DNA of 32,000 nt from contig NC_011979.1 in the NCBI RefSeq assembly GCF_000022265.1, positions 1,830,001 through 1,862,000 on the forward strand, written 5' to 3'. The stretch is from Geotalea daltonii FRC-32. Its GTDB lineage: Bacteria > Desulfobacterota > Desulfuromonadia > Geobacterales > Geobacteraceae. The notes below the pieces were generated by a model. That model ran no database searches. It saw only the letters and a program-made list of their open reading frames with translations, and was not told the origin of the DNA. Shown piece after piece: positions 8,578-17,594 of this stretch (position 1 is its first letter; the number at the start of each line of letters is the position of its first letter). A program made the translations under genes and the position numbers.

Positions 8578-8639
8578 GCGACAACAACAAATTTTGCGTT
8601 TAAATTTTCTTATCGGCGGAGGGGCTTTTATCTTGAGTG

Positions 8640-9581
8640 TTACCGAGCGAAGAGAGCCAGCCACCAGGCGCCAAGGACAACTGCAGCACTGGTCATGGCA
8701 AGAAAGACATTGAGAAATTTCTGGGGCTGACCGAACCTGGCTGTGGAGAGCCCAGTGATAAAGCCCAGGGCTATGCCGGAGATAAAGCCGAAAAGATGTG
8801 CGCCCAGATCGGTGTTTTTCCCTTCCGTACCCAGGATGGCCAAAAGTGACAGGGCTGCGGCAACAGGTAGAATTCGGCGCCCCTGAAGGGCGTATGGGTG
8901 GTGGAGCATGTTGACTGCGGCAAGGATGCCGACGGCGCCGAAGACGGCGGTGGATGCACCTATGGAGCTATGCTGCGGCTGGTTGAGGTAAACGTTGGTC
9001 AGATTGCCGAGAATGCCCGACAGGAGGATCAGGCTCCAGGCCAATCCGGAGCCGAGCTGACGACAGAGCCAGATGGTAAAGATGCCGCCGATGGCCAGGT
9101 TGCCCAGAAGGTGCGCCGCGTCAGCATGTAGAGTGAGCGCCGTTACCAGCCTCCACCATTCGCCCGAGAGAATTCTGGCAGCATTGCCGCTGCCGAGAGC
9201 CTGCCAGTCGACGCTTGCATGGTTGGCGATGGCGATGTCCAGGCGGGTGATATTGTGAAATGTGGCCAGCAGTATCAGCACCGACAGTGTGCTGATGGCA
9301 TTTTCCTTAAGGGGCGGTGCCTGGTGGTATATATGGGGCGGCCAGGCGTGGTTTTCCTTTTCGAAGAGGCGCAGTTCATCCCTGGCGGCAATGAGAAAAT
9401 CGTCGGGTACCAGTATCAGCCAGCCATCTTCGCTTTTCTCGGTGCGGAACGGGATGCCGCGGGCTTCCAGCACCAGTGCCCAGAGGCGCACCCGTCGTTC
9501 CGGCAGGGGCGAATTTTCTCTCCATACCCCAAGTTCCGCAGGGATGCTCAGCCATTCGGATTGTTCAGCTTCCCGTTCCAT
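8640..9581 (-). CDS. Rhomboid-family intramembrane serine protease
   Basis: A cytoplasmic N-domain is followed by a 6-TM core carrying HADAAHLLGN, the catalytic GASTAVFG and HLFGFISG. Confidence 0.85.
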   Translation of the reverse strand: MEREAEQSEWLSIPAELGVWRENSPLPERRVRLWALVLEARGIPFRTEKSEDGWLILVPDDFLIAARDELRLFEKENHAWPPHIYHQAPPLKENAISTLSVLILLATFHNITRLDIAIANHASVDWQALGSGNAARILSGEWWRLVTALTLHADAAHLLGNLAIGGIFTIWLCRQLGSGLAWSLILLSGILGNLTNVYLNQPQHSSIGASTAVFGAVGILAAVNMLHHPYALQGRRILPVAAALSLLAILGTEGKNTDLGAHLFGFISGIALGFITGLSTARFGQPQKFLNVFLAMTSAAVVLGAWWLALFAR

Positions 9582-9617
9582 GCCTGCCAGTATGGCAGAT
9601 AGCCTGGCCCTCGTCCA

Positions 9618-11183
9618 TCAGGAAACATATATCTTTCCCGTTGTCCCGGAAAGATTGCGGTAATGCCTGATGAGACAGCTGGTGGAGCTGTCATGACCTG
9701 TTGTGGTCGAGCCATTTTCCAGTTCCATCGCGATATTTCGCGCCTCCAGCTTTCCGACTTCCATCCCTTGCCGGTCCATTATCCCCCATTGGCCGACGAC
9801 CTGCTGGGTGTAAACAGCATGTTCGTAGAGAGCCAGGAGCTCGCCGAATACTTCCGGCGTCAAATTTTCCGCAAGAATGGTATTGCTTGGATGATTCCCC
9901 TCCATGGGCAGGTATTGTTTCAGTGAATCGGGACACTTCCCCCCCTGGAATTCGCTTGCATGCCTGCCAAAGGCAAGGGACTTTGTCAATGCGAACATCT
10001 TTGCCATGAGTAGATTGCTGCTCCCTCCGTCAAGCTCTTCATCCCGGCAGAAGCCGATAAAGTCGCATGGGCACATGGTGCTGCCGTGAAGGATCTGCTG
10101 GCAGATGGCATGCTGCATGTTAGTTGCCTCCTTGCCATTCCTTTCATCAGGTTCCCCGATGGGCATTGCTTCCATGCTGCTGCCGCTGCAGGTAACAAGC
10201 CGGTTGACATATACCGGAAGATTGGACAGCCACCGGTGGTATGGCAGGAGCGCCATTTGCCTGCTGCCGTAGAAATTGCAGTACCAGACCCGCAGAAGTC
10301 CCATGGTTACCGGCAGATTGCGGTTTAACGGCGCAGTGCTGAAGTGCTGGTCCATGGAACGGATGCCGGCCAGCATGCGCTGGAAGATCCCTGTTCCCAA
10401 TCCCACCATGGTTGGAAAATCCACCAGCCTGCTTCCCAGACTCCGGCTGGCAAAGATGTTTCCCGGATCGATGCCGAATTTTCTCGCTTCTTCCTCGTTG
10501 AGGGAAACGGCAGTAAAGTGGCGAGCTACAGCGCACTCATCTCTCATGGCTTTGAGAACCCAACGGCGGGCGGTATGGGCACAGACCATCGTTTTGCGGC
10601 AGGTGAATGTATCGGAAACAACATTGAAAAGGGTTTCCGCCGGATTGAGTTCATTGAGGATGCTACAGAAGTTCAGGTTGTTGGTCCTGGTAATGAAAAT
10701 TGTCGCCACATCACCACGGATGAAGCCTTTCAATGCCTGATAAGCCATGGGCGGGCCGGGATCGCTTTCATTGACATTGATGTTGATGACCGTCTTGATG
10801 CGCATGCCGCTGTGACCGGTCCATTCGCCGTTCCAGATCCTGTTGGCAAGGTCAGTCATCCTGGCCGATTCCTCATCTTTCTGCAAAGCCTGTCGAAAGG
10901 CAGACTGGCAGCCTATTTCACCAAAGGCCATGAACCGTTCATCTATTTTTTCAGGCAATTTCCTTGCCCTGGCAAGTTCCAGGAGAAGTTCCATGGTTTT
11001 TGCCGTGATCAGGTTCTTTGAGTAGTCCAGGTAAAGACCCTTTTCCTCCATGCTGAAACGCTCGCCACGCTGGTGGTCTTCGGCGAAGAGCTGAAGGAGA
11101 TGGGAGTTCTTCATCAGCTGGTGATGAACCTTAAGTGCCTGCAAGGGGATGTTCATCAGAGGTGTGTTCTCTGCGGTTGGCAT
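9618..11183 (-). CDS. pgi: Glucose-6-phosphate isomerase family protein, strongly divergent in the catalytic and SIS motifs
   Basis: RBS AAGGAG. The N-terminus (LQLFAEDHQRGERFS...LYLDYSKNLIT) and C-terminus (LALYEHAVYTQ...HDSSTSCLI) are clearly E. coli-type PGI. However, GIGGSDLGP reads NVNESDPGP, SKTFTTQET reads SDTFTCRKT, GGRYS reads GSRLV and MESNGK reads TCSGSS. Confidence 0.7.
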   Translation of the reverse strand: MPTAENTPLMNIPLQALKVHHQLMKNSHLLQLFAEDHQRGERFSMEEKGLYLDYSKNLITAKTMELLLELARARKLPEKIDERFMAFGEIGCQSAFRQALQKDEESARMTDLANRIWNGEWTGHSGMRIKTVININVNESDPGPPMAYQALKGFIRGDVATIFITRTNNLNFCSILNELNPAETLFNVVSDTFTCRKTMVCAHTARRWVLKAMRDECAVARHFTAVSLNEEEARKFGIDPGNIFASRSLGSRLVDFPTMVGLGTGIFQRMLAGIRSMDQHFSTAPLNRNLPVTMGLLRVWYCNFYGSRQMALLPYHRWLSNLPVYVNRLVTCSGSSMEAMPIGEPDERNGKEATNMQHAICQQILHGSTMCPCDFIGFCRDEELDGGSSNLLMAKMFALTKSLAFGRHASEFQGGKCPDSLKQYLPMEGNHPSNTILAENLTPEVFGELLALYEHAVYTQQVVGQWGIMDRQGMEVGKLEARNIAMELENGSTTTGHDSSTSCLIRHYRNLSGTTGKIYVS

Positions 11184-11353
11184 TGGTTCTCCTTTTAATG
11201 TCGCGGTTGTATATGGAACCGATGGCTGCCATAGATATTAAACTATTCTAAGTGATAACGTGAATAAGGCAAACCCGCTCGGGAAAATTCTCAATTTTCC
11301 CAGCTGCTGAAACTTGATTAATCTGGTTGAAAGATGGCCTGTCAGACGCTATT

Positions 11354-12586
11354 ATGTGGCCAACAAATAACAGGGTTTTACAGGAGCACCTATTGCATCC
11401 CTATCTCACCGGGAATATACCGGGCACGGGCGGAATATTCAAAGAGACACCGGAAGATTTCCTGGTTACGGAAATCCCCATCTACACCCCCTGCGGTGAA
11501 GGGGAGCATATCTATGCCGAGATCGAAAAGCGAGGTATCACCACTCTTGAAGCCATACGTCGTCTGGCAAAGGCGCTGGGCATAGGGGAGCGTGATGTCG
11601 GTTACGCCGGGATGAAAGATGCAAAAGGGATTACCCGCCAGACCATTTCATTGCCCAGGGTGGCGCCGGAGCAAGTGCTCGGGCTGGAACTGCCTGGGAT
11701 TAAGGTCCTGTCGGCGGTACCGCACAGGAATAAACTGAAGGTCGGTCATTTGCGGGGCAACCGTTTCCGTATCCGAATAGGCGGCGTCGGTGCCGATGCT
11801 GCAACTATCGCCATTGCGGTACTGGACATCCTGGAGAAAAGGGGGGTGCCCAATTTTTTCGGTGAGCAGCGCTACGGCGCTCAGGGCAACTCCCATCTCA
11901 TTGGTGGAGCAATATTGCGCAACGATTATCGTGGCGCAGTGGATGCCCTGATCGGAGAGCCGGACAAGGTAACGGACGAACGGTGGCGAAGGGCTATTGA
12001 GGCATTCAAAGCGGGAGATCTGGCGAAAAGCCTGGAGACCTTCCCCCCCCACTGCCGCACAGAGCGGGAACTGCTCCAGAAACTGGTCAAGCAGCCGGAG
12101 GCCCATGAAAAGGCTTTTCGTGCCGTTCATCCTCGCCTGAGAAAATTGTACCTGTCCGCCTTCCAGGCCGATCTGTTCGACCGGGTAGTGCAGCAACGCA
12201 TGGACAGCCTGGACCAGGTTGTCCATGGAGATGTCGCTTTCAAGCATGATAACGGCGCATGCTTTCTGGTCACAGATGCAGCTGCCGAGGCACCAAGGGC
12301 AGCCGCCTTTGAAATTTCGGCCACCGGGCCCATGTTCGGCTGCCGTATGAAAGAGCCCGAAGGGGAGACACTGGCCATGGAGCGCCGATTGCTGGAGACG
12401 GAAGACTTGACCCTGCCAAGCTTTGACCTGGAAGGGGGCCTGCGTATGGAGGGAGAACGGCGCCCTCTGCGTGTGCCGATTGCAGAAATCGGAGTGGAGG
12501 CGGACGGGGCAGGACTTTTCCTGGAGTTTTCCCTGCCCAAAGGCTCCTATGCCACGACCGTGCTGCGAGAGGTTATGAAGTCATAA
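11354..12586 (+). CDS. truD: tRNA pseudouridine(13) synthase TruD
   Basis: GTGGIFKETPEDFLVTEI...GEGEHIYAEIEKRGITT...VGYAGMKDAKGITRQ carries the catalytic Asp in the GMKD motif. The first in-frame ATG is at 11354; the track's TTG at 11327 is also possible. Confidence 0.9.
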   Translation: MWPTNNRVLQEHLLHPYLTGNIPGTGGIFKETPEDFLVTEIPIYTPCGEGEHIYAEIEKRGITTLEAIRRLAKALGIGERDVGYAGMKDAKGITRQTISLPRVAPEQVLGLELPGIKVLSAVPHRNKLKVGHLRGNRFRIRIGGVGADAATIAIAVLDILEKRGVPNFFGEQRYGAQGNSHLIGGAILRNDYRGAVDALIGEPDKVTDERWRRAIEAFKAGDLAKSLETFPPHCRTERELLQKLVKQPEAHEKAFRAVHPRLRKLYLSAFQADLFDRVVQQRMDSLDQVVHGDVAFKHDNGACFLVTDAAAEAPRAAAFEISATGPMFGCRMKEPEGETLAMERRLLETEDLTLPSFDLEGGLRMEGERRPLRVPIAEIGVEADGAGLFLEFSLPKGSYATTVLREVMKS

Positions 12587-12621
12587 AAAACATCTGCAGC
12601 ATGATCCGGGGAGGTGTAATC

Positions 12622-12945
12622 ATGAAAGACAGCAAAGAGCCCTATAGCGTCAATATTTTCAAGCCGAAGAATGGCTACATGCATGATGAGGTACGAATCA
12701 TCCTGCTGATCCTTCTGGGCTGGCTGGTTATGACCTTCGGTTTTCAGCTGCTCGTGGTTCTCCTGGGGGATGTGAACGGGCAGAGTCTGCTCACCATCCG
12801 CACCTTTTTCACCCTCCCGTTCCATTTCTGGTTTACGGGCCAGTTTCTTCCCCTCTGGTTCATCATCCTCTGCATCGTTTTCAATCTCTGCATCGATCGC
12901 CTCAGTGAAAGTCACAGCCGCAGGAGAGACAGATCCTATGACTAG
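12622..12945 (+). CDS. DUF4212-type small membrane subunit of a sodium:solute symporter
   Basis: ATG at 12622 follows GGGGAGG. The protein has two TM helices, and its stop overlaps the start of the symporter gene by 8 nt, which suggests translational coupling. Confidence 0.7.
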   Translation: MKDSKEPYSVNIFKPKNGYMHDEVRIILLILLGWLVMTFGFQLLVVLLGDVNGQSLLTIRTFFTLPFHFWFTGQFLPLWFIILCIVFNLCIDRLSESHSRRRDRSYD

Positions 12946-14464
12946 TGAGAACCTATCGGTCTGGCCACTCATTTTTATTGTCGGAGTTCTCATTGCCTTC
13001 GTTCTGGCGGGGCTGAGCGCCAAGGCACGGGATAGCTCAAGCTACGGTTTCGGCGGGCGATATATCGGTCGTGTCGGCGGGGGGGCTGCCATTGCCAGTA
13101 ACTGGATGAGCGCGGCCAGCTTCTTGGGCCTTGCCGGCATCATCTACCTGCAGGGCTATCAGGGATTTGCCTATGTCATCGGCTGGACCGGCGGATATGT
13201 CCTGCTGCTGGTGCTGATGTCGGGGCAGATACGCCGTTTCGGCAAGTTTACCACCCCCGATTTCGTCGGCGACCGCTATGATTCCGACGCTGCCCGGTTC
13301 ATTGCCGCCGTTATTTCCATTGCTATCTCCGTTATCTACAGCGTGGCCCAGTTCAAGGGCCTGGGCATGGTGTTCGCCTGGCTGCTGGGGAGCGATTACA
13401 CCACCGGTCTCATGGTGGGATCAGCTGCAGTGGTGTCATACGTGGTCATCTGCGGCATGCTGGGGGTGGCGAGAAACCAGCAGATGCAATACTTCGTCCT
13501 GATCGTCTCCTTTATCGTGCCCCTGATGTTCCTGGCCTGGCGGCTCGGCTACTTCTGGATACTTCCCCAGTTCGGCTACGGGCAGGGGATTCAGGACCTG
13601 GCAACGGAATTCCATGTGGATTTCGCCGCTCCCTTTGTTTCCGGTTCCCTGTTCCAGTGGGTCGCCCTCTGTTTTACCCTCATGGTGGGCACTGCCGGAC
13701 TGCCCCACATTCTCTCCCGCTTTTATGTTGTGCCCAATATCCGGGACGCACGCTGGAGCCTTGTCTGGGGGCTTTTTTTCATCGCCCTCATTTACTGGTC
13801 GGCCCCCGCCTACGCCGTTTTTGCCAAGCTGTTCGAGGCGAGAGGAGGTGCCGTGCCGGACATGGCGACCGCCAGGCAGATTGCCGACATTATAGTTCTG
13901 AAAGCTGCCCAGGGTGCGCCGGTCTGGCTTACCGGCATTCTGGCCGCCGGAGCAGTCAGCGCCACTTTTTTCACTGTGGCAGGCCTGCTCATGAACGGTG
14001 CTGCTGCCTTCTCCCATGACATCTACTACCGGCTCATCAATCCCCTCGCTTCCGAAGCCCGCAAAATGGCCATTGCCAAGGGTGCTATCCTGGCGTTGGC
14101 CGCCATAGTCTTTCTCCTGGCTTTAAAACCGTGGGCCATGATCGCCGAGATAACCGCAGTTGCTTTTGCCCTGGCAGGCAATACTTTTTTTCCCGTCTTC
14201 CTACTGGGAATCTGGTGGGGAAGGGCCAACCGCCAGGGAGCCATTGCCGGCATGCTCACCGGGATCATCATCACCTTTTCATCGCCGCTTCTGGCCAGTA
14301 CGTTTCCTCTCGTGGGAAAGCTCTTCCCCCTGACCGCCTCCGCCCTTTGCGGAGCACCATTGGTTATCGCAGTTATAACAGTCGTTTCGCTGCTGACACC
14401 TCCCCCTGACGAAGAGATGCAGCGTTTTCTGGCCGAACAGGTCCACGGCATTGGTGATTTGTGA
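12938..14464 (+). CDS. Sodium:solute symporter family (SSF) transporter, ActP/Apl-like (VC_2705 subfamily type)
   Basis: About 13 TM helices. The SSF hallmark N-terminal region GGRYIGRVGGGAAIASNWMSAASFLGLAG is present, and the gene is paired with a DUF4212 gene. ATG at 12938. Confidence 0.9.
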   Translation: MTSENLSVWPLIFIVGVLIAFVLAGLSAKARDSSSYGFGGRYIGRVGGGAAIASNWMSAASFLGLAGIIYLQGYQGFAYVIGWTGGYVLLLVLMSGQIRRFGKFTTPDFVGDRYDSDAARFIAAVISIAISVIYSVAQFKGLGMVFAWLLGSDYTTGLMVGSAAVVSYVVICGMLGVARNQQMQYFVLIVSFIVPLMFLAWRLGYFWILPQFGYGQGIQDLATEFHVDFAAPFVSGSLFQWVALCFTLMVGTAGLPHILSRFYVVPNIRDARWSLVWGLFFIALIYWSAPAYAVFAKLFEARGGAVPDMATARQIADIIVLKAAQGAPVWLTGILAAGAVSATFFTVAGLLMNGAAAFSHDIYYRLINPLASEARKMAIAKGAILALAAIVFLLALKPWAMIAEITAVAFALAGNTFFPVFLLGIWWGRANRQGAIAGMLTGIIITFSSPLLASTFPLVGKLFPLTASALCGAPLVIAVITVVSLLTPPPDEEMQRFLAEQVHGIGDL

Positions 14465-14516
14465 TTTGTGATTGGTGATTGGTGACGGGTGACGGGTGAC
14501 GGGTGACGGGTGACGG
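14454..14516 (+). repeat. Tandem heptamer array, 9 contiguous units: 2x GTGATTT, 2x GTGATTG, 5x GTGACGG
   Basis: Read directly. Units start at 14454, 14461, ... 14510. The symporter stop codon (14462-14464) is the TGA of unit 2. Confidence 0.9.
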
Positions 14517-14557
14517 CGCGGACTACCGAGCCCGCCTGAATAAACAGGAGTAATTAG

Positions 14558-15790
14558 ATGGCAATTTTTCTCGGCGCCAAAGGTGGCGATATCGTCGCCA
14601 CCCAGAGTGCTTCCCGTCTGCTGACTGCCGTACGCGAAAAAGTGGCAGGAAAGATGGCCTATCTACTTGCCGGGGAAGATGCTGAGCTCCTCCGTAACTT
14701 GCGGTTGCGAGTGGGAGATGAGCTGGCTTTCGAAGAGGATTTTTCCCATCGTTTGGACTTGCAGTTGCAAGAATTTGCCCAGGTTGAATATGCAGATCAG
14801 CTGGCCGGCGCTTGCATCCGATTCACTTTGCTGACAAAGGAATATTTCACAAGAAGAAGCTCTGTCATTGCCTTTCACGGGCTGTGTGCAACGTTTCACG
14901 ACCTGCTGTTTCGCAAGGCGCTGGTGTTGGCCCAAACCGGCGCCGGGACCATGTATCCCGACGACATACCGTGCTGTCTTTTGGCAACAGGCAGTGCCGG
15001 GCGTAAGGAGTTTATGCCGGGGACTGACTCCCGTTACTTTCTCGTTTACCCTGATTCCCAGGTGCACCATGCCGGGTACTTCGAGGAGATGAGGTACCGG
15101 CTGATCGCTCTTCTTGACCAATGCGGAATTTTCGGCGCCGGCCACCGGCCTATTGATGATGGCGGGTTGTGGAAAGGCTCTGAAAGTGAGTGGCGAAGCT
15201 GGAGTTCCAGCCAGATGCAGAGGATAGGTAAACTGGGGGAAATTCTGGCCGTACTTGGCGATCTCAGGGGAATTGCCGGTGATGAAACTTTGGCGGCCGG
15301 TTTGAAAACCATTTCCTCAGAGTTACTGGCAAAAGAGCAGGGGAAAGACCTCTATGGCCAGGCAGCAAGAAAGCTCTCTTCCATGCCGGTGGCACTGGGC
15401 ATGTTCGGCAACTTCAAAACCTTACGCAGTGGCGAGCATCGTGGCATGTTCAACCTCGATGAAGCTGTCTTGAATCCACTGCTGATCAACGTGCGAATCC
15501 TTGCAGTACATCACAGCCTTGTGGAAACAGGCACCGTAGAGCGGATCAAGGGGCTTGTCAATGCCGGACATCTGGGGGTGGACCTGGCAGACAGGCTGCT
15601 GAAGGCCTATCACCTTTTTGCCGGCTACAGGATTAAACAATCCATGGAAGCGGAAGATTACAAAGTGAACGAGCTTTACCTGAATCCCGACGAATTGGGT
15701 GAAGAAGAGGCTTTCCTGTTCAAGAGCGGCCTTGAGGCGGTGATCAACCTGCAGAAGATAGTCTACCAAGTCTTTTCGGAGCAAGGGTAG
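14558..15790 (+). CDS. DUF294 putative nucleotidyltransferase plus DUF294_C substrate-binding domain protein (no cNMP or CBS domains)
   Basis: RBS CAGGAG. A GS-motif reads LATGSAGRKEFMPGTDSRYFLVY. A C-terminal helical domain reads FNLDEAVLNPLLINVRILAVHH...TVERIKGL...LLKAYHLFAGYRIKQ. This family is often found next to DUF4212-SSF pairs. Confidence 0.65.
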   Translation: MAIFLGAKGGDIVATQSASRLLTAVREKVAGKMAYLLAGEDAELLRNLRLRVGDELAFEEDFSHRLDLQLQEFAQVEYADQLAGACIRFTLLTKEYFTRRSSVIAFHGLCATFHDLLFRKALVLAQTGAGTMYPDDIPCCLLATGSAGRKEFMPGTDSRYFLVYPDSQVHHAGYFEEMRYRLIALLDQCGIFGAGHRPIDDGGLWKGSESEWRSWSSSQMQRIGKLGEILAVLGDLRGIAGDETLAAGLKTISSELLAKEQGKDLYGQAARKLSSMPVALGMFGNFKTLRSGEHRGMFNLDEAVLNPLLINVRILAVHHSLVETGTVERIKGLVNAGHLGVDLADRLLKAYHLFAGYRIKQSMEAEDYKVNELYLNPDELGEEEAFLFKSGLEAVINLQKIVYQVFSEQG

Positions 15791-15799
15791 GGGCGTCCC

Positions 15800-16609
15800 A
15801 TGAAACTTTCCATATCCACAGGGACACTGTTCACCTTCCCCCTGGAAAAAGTCTTCACCATTGCCATGGAGACAGGCTTCGACGGGGTGGAACTGATCAT
15901 CAACCACGAGTTCCAGAAGGTGAACAGCCGCCGTCTGATCAAGGACCTCTCGGAAATTTTGCCCGTCTTTTCCATGCACGCCCCGTTCATGCCTCTCGAC
16001 GGATGGGGCACCCAGATCGATTCCCTGAAGAGATCGGTGGAAATAGCCGCCGACTGCGGGGTGAAGCTGGTTAATTTCCATCCCCCCTCATGGTTGGGAG
16101 GCGAATTCCGCTTCTGGCGCTGGCTGTACCGGATTATGGATTTTCAGGAAGAGGTGGGGCAGGAAGGAGTGATCGTCACCCTGGAAAACATGCCCTGGGT
16201 GGGGAGATTCAACATCAACCCCCACATCCTTTCCAATACGGAGAAGATGATCGATTTTCTCCACGAGAAGAACCTTTTCCTCACCTTCGACTGTACCCAC
16301 ATGGGCTCGGGAAAAGCCAACTTCATCAACGACTTTTACCTCTTTTACAACTCCGGCCGCATCCGCAATATCCACTTCTCCGATTACGGCCACGGCAGAG
16401 AGCACCTGCTGCCCGGGCGGGGCATTCTGCCCCTGACCCGATTTCTCAATCACTTGCGCAACACGGATTACAGCGAGACCTTGACCCTGGAACTTTCTCC
16501 CCATGAGTTTCCCAAAGACGAAAAGATCATTATCGGCAGTCTCAGGGAGATCAGGAGATACCTTGAGCGGGAGACGAGGCAGCCGAGCCCGGATGAGGTG
16601 AAGTTATAA
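15800..16609 (+). CDS. Sugar phosphate isomerase/epimerase (xylose-isomerase-like TIM barrel, AP_endonuc_2 family)
   Basis: MKLSISTGTLF...GFDGVELI...FSMHAPF...VKLVNFHP...TLENM...FDCTHM...NIHFSD...LTLEL matches the beta/alpha pattern of this family. Confidence 0.8.
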   Translation: MKLSISTGTLFTFPLEKVFTIAMETGFDGVELIINHEFQKVNSRRLIKDLSEILPVFSMHAPFMPLDGWGTQIDSLKRSVEIAADCGVKLVNFHPPSWLGGEFRFWRWLYRIMDFQEEVGQEGVIVTLENMPWVGRFNINPHILSNTEKMIDFLHEKNLFLTFDCTHMGSGKANFINDFYLFYNSGRIRNIHFSDYGHGREHLLPGRGILPLTRFLNHLRNTDYSETLTLELSPHEFPKDEKIIIGSLREIRRYLERETRQPSPDEVKL

Positions 16610-16701
16610 CCCCTCTAATCTTCCCCGCGATTTTCCCATGAATTTTATTCCCGTCCCTGTGAAATTCGGCTACACTGACCGGAGCAAAAATCTCCGGAGG
16701 T

Positions 16702-17538
16702 ATGAAATTCGTTATGAAGTTCCGTCTGCTGCTGTTCGTCCTGCTGTTCTCTCTGTTTACCGCCTTTTCCGTTCACGCCGCTCAACCTGACACAAAAAAA
16801 GCCGTCCCTGCTGCACCCCAGGCGGTTAATGTGCCGATCCTGCTCTACCATCGCTTCGGTCCCACCGTTGCCGACGGCATGACCATCACCACCCCGGTAT
16901 TCGAGTCCCATCTTAAATTCTTGCGCGATAACGGCTACAAGGTCATTCCCCTGCGTCAGCTGATTGACTACTATCAGAAGAAAGGGCCGGCGCCGGCGCC
17001 GAAATCGGTAGTCATCGTCGAGGATGATGCCCACAAGAGCGTTTACACCGACATGCTGCCCCTGGCCAAGAAATACAACGTGCCGGTGACGATCTTCGTC
17101 TATCCCTCCGCTATCTCCAACGCCAAGTATGCCATGACCTGGGATCAGCTGCGGGAGCTGAAAAAGACCGGGCTTTTCGACATCCAGTCCCATACCTTCT
17201 GGCATCCCAATTTTAAGCGGGAAAGAAAAAAGCTGCCGCCGGCAGAGTTCGAGAAGCTGGTTAACATTCAGCTGAAGAAGGCCAAGGAGAGGCTGGACAA
17301 GCAGTTGGGCATCTCGGTGGACATGCTCGCCTGGCCCTTCGGTATCTTCGATGATTACCTGCTGCAAAAGGCCGCCGAAGCAGGCTACAAAGCCACCTTT
17401 ACCATCCAGGCCCACCATGCCGGTCCAAACGACGCCATCATGAAGCTACCCCGTTACCTGCTCATCAACGCCGACCAAGGCAAGGCCTTCGCCCAGATCG
17501 TCACCGGCGCAGCTCCGAAACGGAATATCGCGTTCTAA
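16702..17538 (+). CDS. Secreted polysaccharide deacetylase (NodB homology domain)
   Basis: Signal peptide ...LFTAFSVHA/AQP. PILLYHRF, VIVEDDAHKS (DD metal motif), IFVYPS, and QSHTFWH (HxxxH-type motif). An alternative ATG lies at 16714. Confidence 0.8.
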   Translation: MKFVMKFRLLLFVLLFSLFTAFSVHAAQPDTKKAVPAAPQAVNVPILLYHRFGPTVADGMTITTPVFESHLKFLRDNGYKVIPLRQLIDYYQKKGPAPAPKSVVIVEDDAHKSVYTDMLPLAKKYNVPVTIFVYPSAISNAKYAMTWDQLRELKKTGLFDIQSHTFWHPNFKRERKKLPPAEFEKLVNIQLKKAKERLDKQLGISVDMLAWPFGIFDDYLLQKAAEAGYKATFTIQAHHAGPNDAIMKLPRYLLINADQGKAFAQIVTGAAPKRNIAF

Positions 17539-17541
17539 GTG

Positions 17542-17594
17542 AAAGGCTTCCCTCACCCGGCGCGTTGCGCCACCCTCTCCCGGAGGGCGAGGGT
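17542..17594 (+). repeat. 53-bp direct repeat, copy 1 (upstream flank of the DUF559 gene)
   Basis: aaaggcttccctcacccggcgcGtTgcGccaccctctcccggagggcgagggt matches copy 2 at 50 of 53 positions, counted base by base. Confidence 0.9.

Noticed and set aside
8578-8664. Extension of the NamZ-like ORF to the 8664 start
   Set aside because: It would overlap the 3' end of the rhomboid gene by 25 nt and adds a Cys/Lys-rich segment before the signal peptide. Internal ATGs at 8577 or 8505 give sensible secreted N-termini.
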